Shown here: positions 16,190-24,141 of the stretch, piece by piece | How the letters are laid out: every line of letters starts with the position of its first letter | How positions within the stretch are numbered: the stretch's first letter is position 1 | Source: Caldisericota bacterium | Lineage (GTDB): Bacteria > Caldisericota > Caldisericia > UBA6126 | Length of the DNA: 44,259 nt | Direction of reading: 5' to 3' | Assembly: GCA_003566815.1 (NCBI GenBank) | Contig: PXBT01000214.1 | Coordinates: forward strand, 1-44,259 | The notes under the pieces: model-generated | Seen by the model: only the letters and a program-made list of their open reading frames with translations | Told to the model about the DNA's origin: nothing | Databases searched by the model: none | Program-made: the position numbers and the translations under genes

Positions 16190-18214
16190 TCAGAGGCTTA
16201 GAAATTCGTCTTCATTCATCAAAGGCACTCCAAGCTCATCTGCTTTTTTGGCTTTTGATCCTGCCCTATCTCCTGCGAGCACAAAAGAAGTCCTACTGCT
16301 CACTGAAGAGCTGACAGAAGCCCCCAGTTGACGAAGTCTTTCTTCTGCCTCCTCTCGAGTAAAATTTTTCAACACTCCTGTCACTACGGCTGTTTTACCA
16401 TTAAGCGGCAAGTTAATGCCTTTCTCTTTTTCTGCGCCACAAGCTAAAGGCTTCAATCCAAAAATCGTCATTCTTTCTATAGTTTCAATATTTTTATCAA
16501 GCTGAAAAAATAAAATAATATTTTTTGCAGTTTCAGGTCCAATTTGATCTATTTCAATTAAGCTTGCTTCATCTGCCTTCATTAAAGCATCCAAAGTGCA
16601 GAATTTTTTAGCCAATATTCGCGAAGTTACCTCTCCCACGCCGTCAATCCCTATGGAAGCAATCCACCGCCATAGAGGTGGATTTTTTGCTTTTTCAATT
16701 GCATTTAACATATTTTGGATAGACTTTTCTTTAAACCCAGGCAAAGATTCCAGATCCTCTTTTTTTAGATTAAATAAATCTGCACTGGATTTGATAAGTC
16801 CCAGATCAAAAAATTTTTCAATCAACCTTTCCCCGATTCCAGGTATGTCGAGACCTGCTTTGGAAACAAAATGTTTGATGCTCTCTTTGATTCGAGCAGG
16901 ACAATCCATATTGATGCATTTTATATAAGCCTGGCTCTCAATTTTTTGAACAGGAGAGGAGCAAACAGGGCAACAGGATGGCATGGTAAAAGATTGAGCG
17001 CTGGATGGTCTTTTTGAAAAATTAACTGCAATAATATTGGGAATCACATCGCCTGATCTTTGGATCAAGACGGTGTCTCCTATTCGAATATCCTTGCGTT
17101 TTATCTCATCCTCATTATGAAGAGTAGCCTGACTTACTCTTACTCCACTTATTTTTACAGGATCAAGAATTGCAATAGGAGTAAGTGTTCCTGTCCTTCC
17201 CACATGAACCTGAATATCTTTTAATTGGGTTTCTGCAGTGTGGGCTTGAAATTTAAAAGCTACTGCCCATCGTGGAAATCGAGTGGTGGATCCAAGCTGT
17301 TTCCAGGATTGCAAATGATTGACCTTAAACACTGTGCCATCAATCTCATAATTTAATTCAGCCCTTTTTAAAGCAAGTTTTTGATGATATGCAACAGCTT
17401 GTTTTTCATCAGCCAGCAAATGAGTTTCTGGATGAACAGGAAAACCAAGAGTTTTTAAAAAGCTTAAAATCTCCCATTGTGTTGTAAATTCAAGTGGATC
17501 ATAATCCGTTAAAAAATAAAAAAAAGCCTTTAGCTTGCGTTGAGCAGTAATTTGAGGATTCAATTGCCTGAGTGACCCAGCAGCTGCATTTCTTGGGTTC
17601 GCAAACAAGCTTTCTCCCTTTTTTTCTCGATAGTGATTCAATGCTACAAAGTCATCAATCGTCATAATGACTTCTCCCCTGACTCGAAAAGAAGAGGGTG
17701 GATCGATATGATTTTTTTCTGCTTGCTCTCGAATGCTCAGAGGTATGGATCGTATGGTTCGAACATTTTGAGTGACATTTTCGCCCACCCATCCATCTCC
17801 TCGGGTAGCAGCACCAGTTAATAGTCCATCTTCATATATAAGTTCAATACTCAACCCATCAAGTTTGGGTTCTCCAATATATTCCATAGAAGCCTTCGAG
17901 CCTAATCCTTTTTTTATTCTTTGATCAAATGCAAAAAAATCTTCAGGAGAAAATACATTGTCCAGGCTAAGCATGGGAGATTGATGAGATAAAGGCTCAA
18001 AGTTTTCCAGGACTTGCCCCGAAACCCGCTGAGTGGGCGAATCACTGCTTACCCATTCGAGGTGCGTTTTTTCAATCTCCATTAGCTCCTGATATAGTCG
18101 ATCATATTCCTGATCACTGACCAAGGGTTGATCCAGAGTATAATAATGATAATCATACTTGCGAATCAAAGATTTAAGATCAAGGTATCGCTGTTGTTGG
18201 TTATTATGACTCAT
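16190..18214 (-). CDS. ligA: NAD-dependent DNA ligase
   Basis: Adenylation motif EPKLDGLS, Zn-finger cysteines CPVCSSPV...CINMDCPA, HhH region and C-terminal BRCT (GKTAVVTG...). Confidence 0.92.
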   Translation of the reverse strand: MSHNNQQQRYLDLKSLIRKYDYHYYTLDQPLVSDQEYDRLYQELMEIEKTHLEWVSSDSPTQRVSGQVLENFEPLSHQSPMLSLDNVFSPEDFFAFDQRIKKGLGSKASMEYIGEPKLDGLSIELIYEDGLLTGAATRGDGWVGENVTQNVRTIRSIPLSIREQAEKNHIDPPSSFRVRGEVIMTIDDFVALNHYREKKGESLFANPRNAAAGSLRQLNPQITAQRKLKAFFYFLTDYDPLEFTTQWEILSFLKTLGFPVHPETHLLADEKQAVAYHQKLALKRAELNYEIDGTVFKVNHLQSWKQLGSTTRFPRWAVAFKFQAHTAETQLKDIQVHVGRTGTLTPIAILDPVKISGVRVSQATLHNEDEIKRKDIRIGDTVLIQRSGDVIPNIIAVNFSKRPSSAQSFTMPSCCPVCSSPVQKIESQAYIKCINMDCPARIKESIKHFVSKAGLDIPGIGERLIEKFFDLGLIKSSADLFNLKKEDLESLPGFKEKSIQNMLNAIEKAKNPPLWRWIASIGIDGVGEVTSRILAKKFCTLDALMKADEASLIEIDQIGPETAKNIILFFQLDKNIETIERMTIFGLKPLACGAEKEKGINLPLNGKTAVVTGVLKNFTREEAEERLRQLGASVSSSVSSRTSFVLAGDRAGSKAKKADELGVPLMNEDEFLSL

Positions 18215-18230
18215 GGTTCAGTTTTAAAGG

Positions 18231-18860
18231 CTACCAGGGCCATCGCGTAGTATATGCTCGTTGAATGATCATGCGTCGAATAGGCCGATCGCCTTCATTG
18301 GTTTCCTGTCTTGATATTTTATCCACCACTTCCATCCCTTTTATAACTCTTCCAAAAGCCGTATGCCTTCCATTCAACCAGGGGGTCCCCTCCTCTGCTG
18401 TAACAATGAAAAACTGGCAATTACTGGTGGAAGGACCACGATTTGCCATCCCCAATACCCCTCTTTCAAGAGGTATGGACTGAAGATCCAAGGTAAAACG
18501 ATATCCCTGCTTTTCCAGGGCAACAATTTCATCCTTGCTCAATCCCAATGAGATAGGATTTATTTCATCAGAAATGAAATATCCCACATCATCACTAAGG
18601 CCTTCCTTGGTGATTCCTCCTGCCTGAATCATAAAATCTTCTATAACCCGGTGAAAAATTTTATCGTTATAATATCCTGACTCTACAAGAAAAATAAAAT
18701 TATCAACAGTCTCTGGTGCATGTTGAGGATAGAGCTCAATTTTAATATTTCCCACATTTGTTTGCATTACGACATATTTTTTCGCATTAAGAAAAAAAAG
18801 TATCGCAAAACCAATCAATAAAACACAAACTACTATAAAAATAATATTTTTTTTATTCAT
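18231..18860 (-). CDS. Cyclophilin-type peptidyl-prolyl cis-trans isomerase with N-terminal membrane anchor or signal
   Basis: FHRVIEDFMIQAGG, GVLGMAN, QFFIV, LNGRHTAFGRVIKGMEVVDKI. N-terminal IIFIVVCVLLIGFAILFF. Confidence 0.9.
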   Translation of the reverse strand: MNKKNIIFIVVCVLLIGFAILFFLNAKKYVVMQTNVGNIKIELYPQHAPETVDNFIFLVESGYYNDKIFHRVIEDFMIQAGGITKEGLSDDVGYFISDEINPISLGLSKDEIVALEKQGYRFTLDLQSIPLERGVLGMANRGPSTSNCQFFIVTAEEGTPWLNGRHTAFGRVIKGMEVVDKISRQETNEGDRPIRRMIIQRAYTTRWPW

Positions 18861-18901
18861 CCAACGACTCGCTCTCTTTTTAAAAAATTATAACAATAAG
18901 A

Positions 18902-18933
18902 GAAGGAAGAGTAGCGATAGATACTCTTCCTTC
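18902..18933 (-). terminator. 12-bp hairpin downstream of the SPFH gene; possible terminator, followed by an extended -10 (TGTTATAAT) for the PPIase gene
   Basis: GAAGGAAGAGTA (18902-18913) pairs with TACTCTTCCTTC (18922-18933). On the minus strand the T-tract is not immediately adjacent, so the strength is uncertain. TGTTATAAT is the reverse complement of 18887-18895. Confidence 0.4.
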
Positions 18934-18950
18934 AAAATATTCAGCTAAAT

Positions 18951-19868
18951 TCAGCCTTCCTGGATATCATTATCCTTTTTAAATAATTCAGCCACTTGAG
19001 CTATGCTGCCCAATATTCCACTGGATTCATAAGGGATAAAGACCTTGTTGGCTTTTCCATCAGCTACAGCTTCAAGAGTTTTGAGGTATCGAATAGCTAT
19101 CAGATCATTGGTTGGGTTTCCTTTATGGATTGAATCAAAAACCAATTCAATGGATTGAGCTTCTCCGTTAGCAACTTCAACTAATCGATATTTTTCAGCA
19201 TCTGCAGCTTTTCGTACTGCTTCTGCTTTGCCTTCAGCCTCAAGGATAGCAGCCTGCCTTTTCCCTTCAGCCTCAAGGATAGCGGCAAGCTTGATCCCTT
19301 CAGCATCAAGAATGGCAGCTCTTTTGGTACGTTCTGCCTTCATTTGTCTGCTCATAGCTTCGGTAATATCATGGGGAGGATCAATTTTTTTGATCTCAAC
19401 TCGGGTAACCCTGACACCCCAGCGATCCGTAGCTTCATCCAGGACTTCTCTGAGCCTGGTATTAATCATCTCGCGCGAGGTAAGCGTTTGATCAAGTTCA
19501 AGCTCTCCAACAATATTTCTCAAGTTGGTTTGAGCCAATTTTACAGCAGCCATTTCAAAGTTGGACACATTATACAAAACCCTGAAAGGATCTGTAACCT
19601 GATAATAAATAATGGCATCAACCGTAGGCGTTACATTGTCCTGAGTAATAACTTCCTGAGGAGGAACATCGATAACATTCTCCCTCATGTCCACTTTTTT
19701 AACATTCTCAATAAAAGGAAAAATCATGTTGAGTCCCGGACTCAAATTTCGTACATATTTTCCGAGCCTCTCCTTGACACCGTTTTGATAAGGTAGAACA
19801 ATGATGAAGGTTTTTGACAAAACAATAAAAAGAAATACCGCTACTACAACCCAAACCCATGGTTCCAT
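18951..19868 (-). CDS. SPFH/Band-7 (stomatin-like) membrane protein
   Basis: N-terminal TM helix, a Band-7 core (ITQDNVTPTVDAIIYYQV..., WGVRVTRVEIKKIDPP), and a coiled AAILEAEGK repeat region. Confidence 0.88.
   Translation of the reverse strand: MEPWVWVVVAVFLFIVLSKTFIIVLPYQNGVKERLGKYVRNLSPGLNMIFPFIENVKKVDMRENVIDVPPQEVITQDNVTPTVDAIIYYQVTDPFRVLYNVSNFEMAAVKLAQTNLRNIVGELELDQTLTSREMINTRLREVLDEATDRWGVRVTRVEIKKIDPPHDITEAMSRQMKAERTKRAAILDAEGIKLAAILEAEGKRQAAILEAEGKAEAVRKAADAEKYRLVEVANGEAQSIELVFDSIHKGNPTNDLIAIRYLKTLEAVADGKANKVFIPYESSGILGSIAQVAELFKKDNDIQEG
19221..19319 (-). repeat. Three 33-bp in-frame tandem repeats inside the SPFH gene, encoding AAIL(D/E)AEG(I/K)..
   Basis: CCTTCAGCCTCAAGGATAGC at 19231 and 19264, and CCTTCAGCATCAAGAATGGC at 19297 (period 33). 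This is a coding repeat, typical of stomatin-family coiled regions. Confidence 0.8.
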
Positions 19869-19869
19869 A

Positions 19870-20292
19870 TTATGACTCCCTTCCTATAATTAATTTAGTT
19901 CCAGAAATGCCTTTTATGATGACTTTGTCTCCAGAAGAAAATTTTTCATCTTCTTCGGTGATGGCTATCCATTCTTCGCCCTCAATCTTGACTCTTCCTT
20001 TTAAAGAATTTTTTTCAACCGGATGTACTATGCTTGCGCTTTTGCCAATAAAACTCTGAACATTAGCTATTTGGGTTGGCTGAAGCTCAAGTAATCGGAT
20101 TAAATATTTTCTTATAAAACACAGGAATATTAAACATAAAACAATAAATAACATCCACTGGTAAATGATGGGAAGACCCAGCATTGAAGCTATGCCGGTA
20201 ATAATAGCAGCAATACCAAAAAGCAAAACAAAAAAACCAGGCGTAAAAATTTCAAGCAAACAAAGTCCTAATCCAACTATAATCCAAATCAT
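19870..20292 (-). CDS. NfeD-family membrane protein (partner of SPFH/stomatin)
   Basis: Three or four N-terminal TM helices plus a C-terminal OB-like GRVKIEGEEWIAITEEDEKFSSGDKVIIKGISGTKLII. It sits directly upstream of the SPFH gene with a 1-nt gap, the canonical nfeD-stomatin operon. Confidence 0.85.
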   Translation of the reverse strand: MIWIIVGLGLCLLEIFTPGFFVLLFGIAAIITGIASMLGLPIIYQWMLFIVLCLIFLCFIRKYLIRLLELQPTQIANVQSFIGKSASIVHPVEKNSLKGRVKIEGEEWIAITEEDEKFSSGDKVIIKGISGTKLIIGRES

Positions 20293-20317
20293 TGCTTTAT
20301 CCTCCCAGGCTTATAAG

Positions 20318-20575
20318 CTATTCACCAGATATGCCACGCACTGTGCCAGCAAGTACTACCTGGGCCACAGCCAGCAATTCACGGACTTCATCCTCTGTAG
20401 CTCCAGCTTTTTTGGCGCGTTCCAGGTGAAACTGGTAACAAGGTTTACATCCTGTTCCCAGAGCGACTCCAATAGCTATAAATTCTTTAATTTTCCATGA
20501 AAGATGATCTTCTTTCATGGCCTCTTTATAAAACTCAATATATTTTTCACTAATCATGGAAGAAGAGTTACTCAT
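20318..20575 (-). CDS. Carboxymuconolactone decarboxylase (AhpD-like) family protein, short form
   Basis: The GCKPCYQFHLERAKKAGATEDEV pattern (CxxC plus His) of the CMD/AhpD-like fold, 85 aa. Its start overlaps the purC stop by 8 nt. Confidence 0.7.
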   Translation of the reverse strand: MSNSSSMISEKYIEFYKEAMKEDHLSWKIKEFIAIGVALGTGCKPCYQFHLERAKKAGATEDEVRELLAVAQVVLAGTVRGISGE

Positions 20576-21479
20576 TGCCCATCAACTCCTGCAAATCTTT
20601 ACCAGTAAGCAATTCCATAAGATACATATATCGTTCAGAAGTTTTTTGAACAATATCTTCTGGCAAAGCAGGAGGAGGAGGTTCTTTGTTCCAACCTTCC
20701 GAGCTGACAAAATCTCTTACAAATTGCTTGTCCAGGCTTCGATCAATGAAGCCTACATCATAATCTGACTTTAAAACATATCGACTGGAATCGGGAGTAA
20801 AAACTTCATCAATTAAAATCAGCCCATCCTCCGTAGTTCCAAATTCAAACTTGGTATCCACAAGGATCAACCCTTTTTTCATAGCTTCCCGGGATGCAAA
20901 TTGAAATAGCTCAAGTGAAAGATCGCGCAACTTTTCAGACAATTCCGTTCCAAGCTCATTGCTCATATATTCATAGGTTACATTTACATCATGCCCCACT
21001 TCAGCTTTGGTGGAAGGAGTAAACAAAGGTTCGCCAAATTTTGAACCCAGCACCAACCCATGTCCATAATCTTTTCCTGCAATTTTGCCTGTTTTTTTGT
21101 ATTCTTTGTATGCTGAGCCCATCAAATATCCCCGAACAATAAATTCAAAGGGGAGCACTTGGGCTTTTTTCACCAGCATGGATCGAAGATGTAATTCTCT
21201 TTTATGTTCATAAAGCTGAGGCAAATCTTCCATAATATTGGTTGAAAGATAATGATTGGGCACAAAATCCTTTGTTTGGTTGAACCAGTACTCTGCTATC
21301 ATATTCAGCACAACGCCTTTGTATGGAATAGGCTCATTAAACACTACATCAAATGCTGAAAGCCTGTCAGTGGAAACGATTAAATATGCATTTCCCGCGT
21401 CATACAGGTCTCTCACTTTGCCTCGCTTAATCATGGGCAATGCTTCAAGATCAGTCCTTGCAACAAGAGAATCAATCAT
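20568..21479 (-). CDS. purC: Phosphoribosylaminoimidazole-succinocarboxamide (SAICAR) synthase
   Basis: GKVRDLYD, STDRLSAFD, LILVDTKFEFG motifs. Confidence 0.92.
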   Translation of the reverse strand: MIDSLVARTDLEALPMIKRGKVRDLYDAGNAYLIVSTDRLSAFDVVFNEPIPYKGVVLNMIAEYWFNQTKDFVPNHYLSTNIMEDLPQLYEHKRELHLRSMLVKKAQVLPFEFIVRGYLMGSAYKEYKKTGKIAGKDYGHGLVLGSKFGEPLFTPSTKAEVGHDVNVTYEYMSNELGTELSEKLRDLSLELFQFASREAMKKGLILVDTKFEFGTTEDGLILIDEVFTPDSSRYVLKSDYDVGFIDRSLDKQFVRDFVSSEGWNKEPPPPALPEDIVQKTSERYMYLMELLTGKDLQELMGNE

Positions 21480-21981
21480 TGTACCACTCCTCCTGAATTT
21501 TTTTAGTTTTTTCCACGAGAGACCGTTTAGTTTTTTCTTTGGATAATTGTAATTTTTCTCTTATGACTTCATCATTTAACGCCAAAATCCTTATGGCCAA
21601 ATGAGCTGCATTGGCAGGCACATCCACACCCACTGTAGCTACGGGAATGCCTGAGGGCATCTGCACAGTGGACAACAATGCATCTATCCCTTCCAAGGCT
21701 CCATTTCTCAAAGGAACTCCAATTACAGGAAGAAAGGTGTTAGCTGCTACGACTCCAGCCAAATGCGCCGACATTCCAGCCATGGCAATGATAATTTTAA
21801 TTCCTCTTTCATCTGCGCTTGTTGCATATTTCAAGCATCGTTCAGTATCTCGGTGAGCGGAAATAATTTCCACTTCAAAAGGTATCTCAAATTCATTGAA
21901 AACTTTTTTTGCTTTTTTTGCTATTTCGGCATCACTATCGCTTCCCATAAGAATGCCTACCAAAGGCTTTGATTCATTCAT
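21472..21981 (-). CDS. purE: N5-carboxyaminoimidazole ribonucleotide mutase (class I PurE-like)
   Basis: VGILMGSDSD and AGMSAHLAGVVAA motifs. The start is re-set from GTG 21993 to ATG 21981, because the GTGGAGG there is the SD (GGAGG, 5-nt spacer). Confidence 0.9.
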   Translation of the reverse strand: MNESKPLVGILMGSDSDAEIAKKAKKVFNEFEIPFEVEIISAHRDTERCLKYATSADERGIKIIIAMAGMSAHLAGVVAANTFLPVIGVPLRNGALEGIDALLSTVQMPSGIPVATVGVDVPANAAHLAIRILALNDEVIREKLQLSKEKTKRSLVEKTKKIQEEWYND

Positions 21982-22118
21982 TTTTTCCTCCACTTTGCTA
22001 CAAAATTTATGTGATTCATACCATTAAATGTACCTGAAATGCCTTTTGATTCAATAATTTGGAGATCATTTTTTATTTTTCAACATGATTTTTTTAAAAA
22101 AAAATAACTCCTATCAAC

Positions 22119-22148
22119 TTATCAACAAAGTTATCCACATTGTCCACA
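22119..22148 (+). promoter_or_regulatory. Cluster of three head-to-tail DnaA-box-like 9-mers
   Basis: TTATCAACA (22119-22127, 1 mismatch), TTATCCACA (22131-22139, perfect consensus) and TTGTCCACA (22140-22148, 1 mismatch). They lie in the 225-bp purE/lepA divergent intergenic region, just right of an A/T-only tract. Confidence 0.5.
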
Positions 22149-22191
22149 TCAAAAAAGTCTCATTTGTTGAAATTGTAGAAGAAAAAAATAG

Positions 22192-22199
22192 TGTATACT
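22192..22199 (+). promoter_or_regulatory. Extended -10 element TGTATACT, ending 7 nt upstream of the lepA ATG
   Basis: TG at 22192-22193 and TATACT at 22194-22199. There is no SD between it and ATG 22207. Confidence 0.4.
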
Positions 22200-22206
22200 A
22201 ATACGC

Positions 22207-24012
22207 ATGGATATTAATAAAGCAACGAGTAACAAGGTTAGAAATTTTTGTATAATAGCTCATATTGATCATGGGAAAACTACGCTCTCTGATCGATTTA
22301 TTGAAAGAAGTGATCTTGGGCACAAGCTCCAGACCAATACTCAAATGCTGGACTCCATGGATTTGGAAAAAGAACGAGGCATTACAATAAAAATGCACCC
22401 TATTCGTCTTGGCTTTAAACTTAATGATGATGAATATATTTTCCACATTATTGATACTCCCGGTCATGTGGATTTCAACTATGAAGTTTCAAAAAGTCTT
22501 GCCGCCTGCGAAGGAGCTATTTTAATTGTTGATGCCAGCCAGGGAGTTGAAGCTCAAACAGTTGCCAACACCTACCTGGCCATTGAGCATGATTTGGCAA
22601 TCATTCCAGTGATCAACAAGATTGATCTTCCTCATGCCAATGTCGACGAAACAAAACAGGAAATCATGGAATTGTTGGGTATTGATGAAAGTGAAATCAT
22701 ATTAGCTTCTGCCAAGGACGGCAGAGGAATGGATGAAATATTGCAAGCAATAGTTGAGCGCATTCCTCCCCCTCGAGGCTCAAGCGACCTTCCCTTGAAG
22801 GCTTTGATTTTTGATTCTCATTTTGACACTTATAAAGGCGTGGTTAGCCACATCCGAGTGCTTGAAGGTTTCATTGAAAAAGGCAAAGATATCATGTTGA
22901 TGTCCAACAAAAAAGAATATCAAACGGAAGAGGTGGGATTTTTCCGTATGGGTTCCCAGAGCACGGATCGACTGAACGCAGGTGATGTAGGCTATTTTAC
23001 TGCTGTTATTCGAGAAGCTCAGGTTATCAATGTAGGCGATACCGTTACTGATGCTCGATATCCGACAAAAAACCCTTTTCCTGGTTATCGCAAAGCCGTT
23101 CCCATGGTTTTTAGTGGAATTTATCCCATCAATCCCAATGATTACGATAAATTAAAAAGTTCTTTGGAAAAGCTTAAGCTTACTGATCCTGCCTTTCAGT
23201 TTGAGCAGGAAACTTCAGCAGCTTTGGGCTATGGTTTTCGTTGTGGATATTTGGGTCTTCTGCACATGGAAATCATATCCGAACGCATTAGAAGAGAATA
23301 CGACCAGGAATTGATTACAACAGCACCAAGCGTCATATACAAGTTTACTCTTAAAAATGGAGAAATAGAATATATAGAAAATCCTTCCAAATTTCCTGAA
23401 AGATTTCATATTCAGAGCATTGAAGAACCTATAGTAAAAGCTTCCATCATAGCTCCTTCCGATTATATTGGGCCCATCATGGATGTTTCTCAGAAAAAAA
23501 GAGGTCAATATCTAAGCATGGAATACCTTTCACCCACAAGAGTATCTTTGCAATATATTTTTCCTTTGTCCGAAATAATTATAGACTTCTATGATCAACT
23601 AAAGTCAGTCACCAAAGGATATGCATCTCTTGATTATGAATTTACTGGATACAAGGAAGAAAAAATTGTATTGGTCAGCATTTTGGTTAATGGCTCTCCA
23701 GTGGATGCCCTTTCTTTTATGACAGTGGATACGCAGGCTTATTATCGCGGAAAAGCTATTCTAGAAAAGCTACGAAAACTCATCCCTCGACAAATGTATC
23801 AAATTGCCCTTCAGGCTGCTGTGGGAGGAAAAATTATAGCTCGTGAAAATATCGTTGCATATAGAAAAGATGTGACCTCCAAATGCTACGGTGGCGACAT
23901 CACCCGAAAACGCAAGCTGTTGGAAAAGCAAAAAGAAGGCAAAAAAAGGATGAAAATGATTGGTAATGTGGAAATTCCTCAAGAAGCTTTCATGACCATT
24001 TTAAAATTGTAA
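22207..24012 (+). CDS. lepA: Translation elongation factor 4 (LepA)
   Basis: NFCIIAHIDHGKTTLSDR (G1), DTPGHVDF (G3), NKID (G4), and the LepA-specific C-terminal YGGDITRKRKLLEKQKEGKKRMK. Confidence 0.95.
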   Translation: MDINKATSNKVRNFCIIAHIDHGKTTLSDRFIERSDLGHKLQTNTQMLDSMDLEKERGITIKMHPIRLGFKLNDDEYIFHIIDTPGHVDFNYEVSKSLAACEGAILIVDASQGVEAQTVANTYLAIEHDLAIIPVINKIDLPHANVDETKQEIMELLGIDESEIILASAKDGRGMDEILQAIVERIPPPRGSSDLPLKALIFDSHFDTYKGVVSHIRVLEGFIEKGKDIMLMSNKKEYQTEEVGFFRMGSQSTDRLNAGDVGYFTAVIREAQVINVGDTVTDARYPTKNPFPGYRKAVPMVFSGIYPINPNDYDKLKSSLEKLKLTDPAFQFEQETSAALGYGFRCGYLGLLHMEIISERIRREYDQELITTAPSVIYKFTLKNGEIEYIENPSKFPERFHIQSIEEPIVKASIIAPSDYIGPIMDVSQKKRGQYLSMEYLSPTRVSLQYIFPLSEIIIDFYDQLKSVTKGYASLDYEFTGYKEEKIVLVSILVNGSPVDALSFMTVDTQAYYRGKAILEKLRKLIPRQMYQIALQAAVGGKIIARENIVAYRKDVTSKCYGGDITRKRKLLEKQKEGKKRMKMIGNVEIPQEAFMTILKL

Positions 24013-24013
24013 C

Positions 24014-24040
24014 TTGAATGTGCTGATATTTTCATATAAT
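24014..24040 (+). promoter_or_regulatory. Possible promoter for tRNA-Gln/glmU (TTGAAT-15 nt-TATAAT)
   Basis: Perfect -10 TATAAT at 24035-24040 and -35-like TTGAAT at 24014-24019. The 15-nt spacer is short. Confidence 0.35.
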
Positions 24041-24053
24041 AAAGGAGTAACAT

Positions 24054-24124
24054 TGGGGCGTGGCCAAGCGGTAAGGCAACGGTTTTTGGTGCCGTGATCG
24101 AAGGTTCGAATCCTTCCGCCCCAG
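24054..24124 (+). tRNA. tRNA-Gln (anticodon TTG), 3' CCA not encoded
   Basis: Acceptor TGGGGCG/CGCCCCA (U1-A72, as is usual for tRNA-Gln), D-arm GCC-AAGCGGTAA-GGC, anticodon stem ACGGT/GCCGT with loop TTTTGGT, T-arm GAAGG-TTCGAAT-CCTTC, discriminator G followed by GTA. Confidence 0.85.
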
Positions 24125-24141
24125 GTAAAAGAGGAGTGTTC

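Noticed and set aside
19221-19319. A regular 33-bp tandem repeat that might be mistaken for a mini CRISPR or VNTR.
   Set aside because: It is in-frame inside the SPFH gene and encodes the AAILEAEGK coiled segment typical of stomatin-family proteins. It has no spacers and no leader.
19344-19796. A 150-aa plus-strand ORF opposite the SPFH gene, and a 157-aa plus-strand ORF (37633-38106) opposite glyQ.
   Set aside because: Both lie antisense to highly conserved, motif-rich genes. They have no SD and their translations resemble no known family, so they are treated as chance ORFs.
21982-22118. A possible purine or ZTP riboswitch in the purE leader.
   Set aside because: The minus-strand leader lacks the conserved purine-riboswitch junction (no TATAA...GTTTCTACC...CCGTAAA-type core) and any GC-rich ZTP pseudoknot elements. 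It is AT-rich and apparently unstructured.
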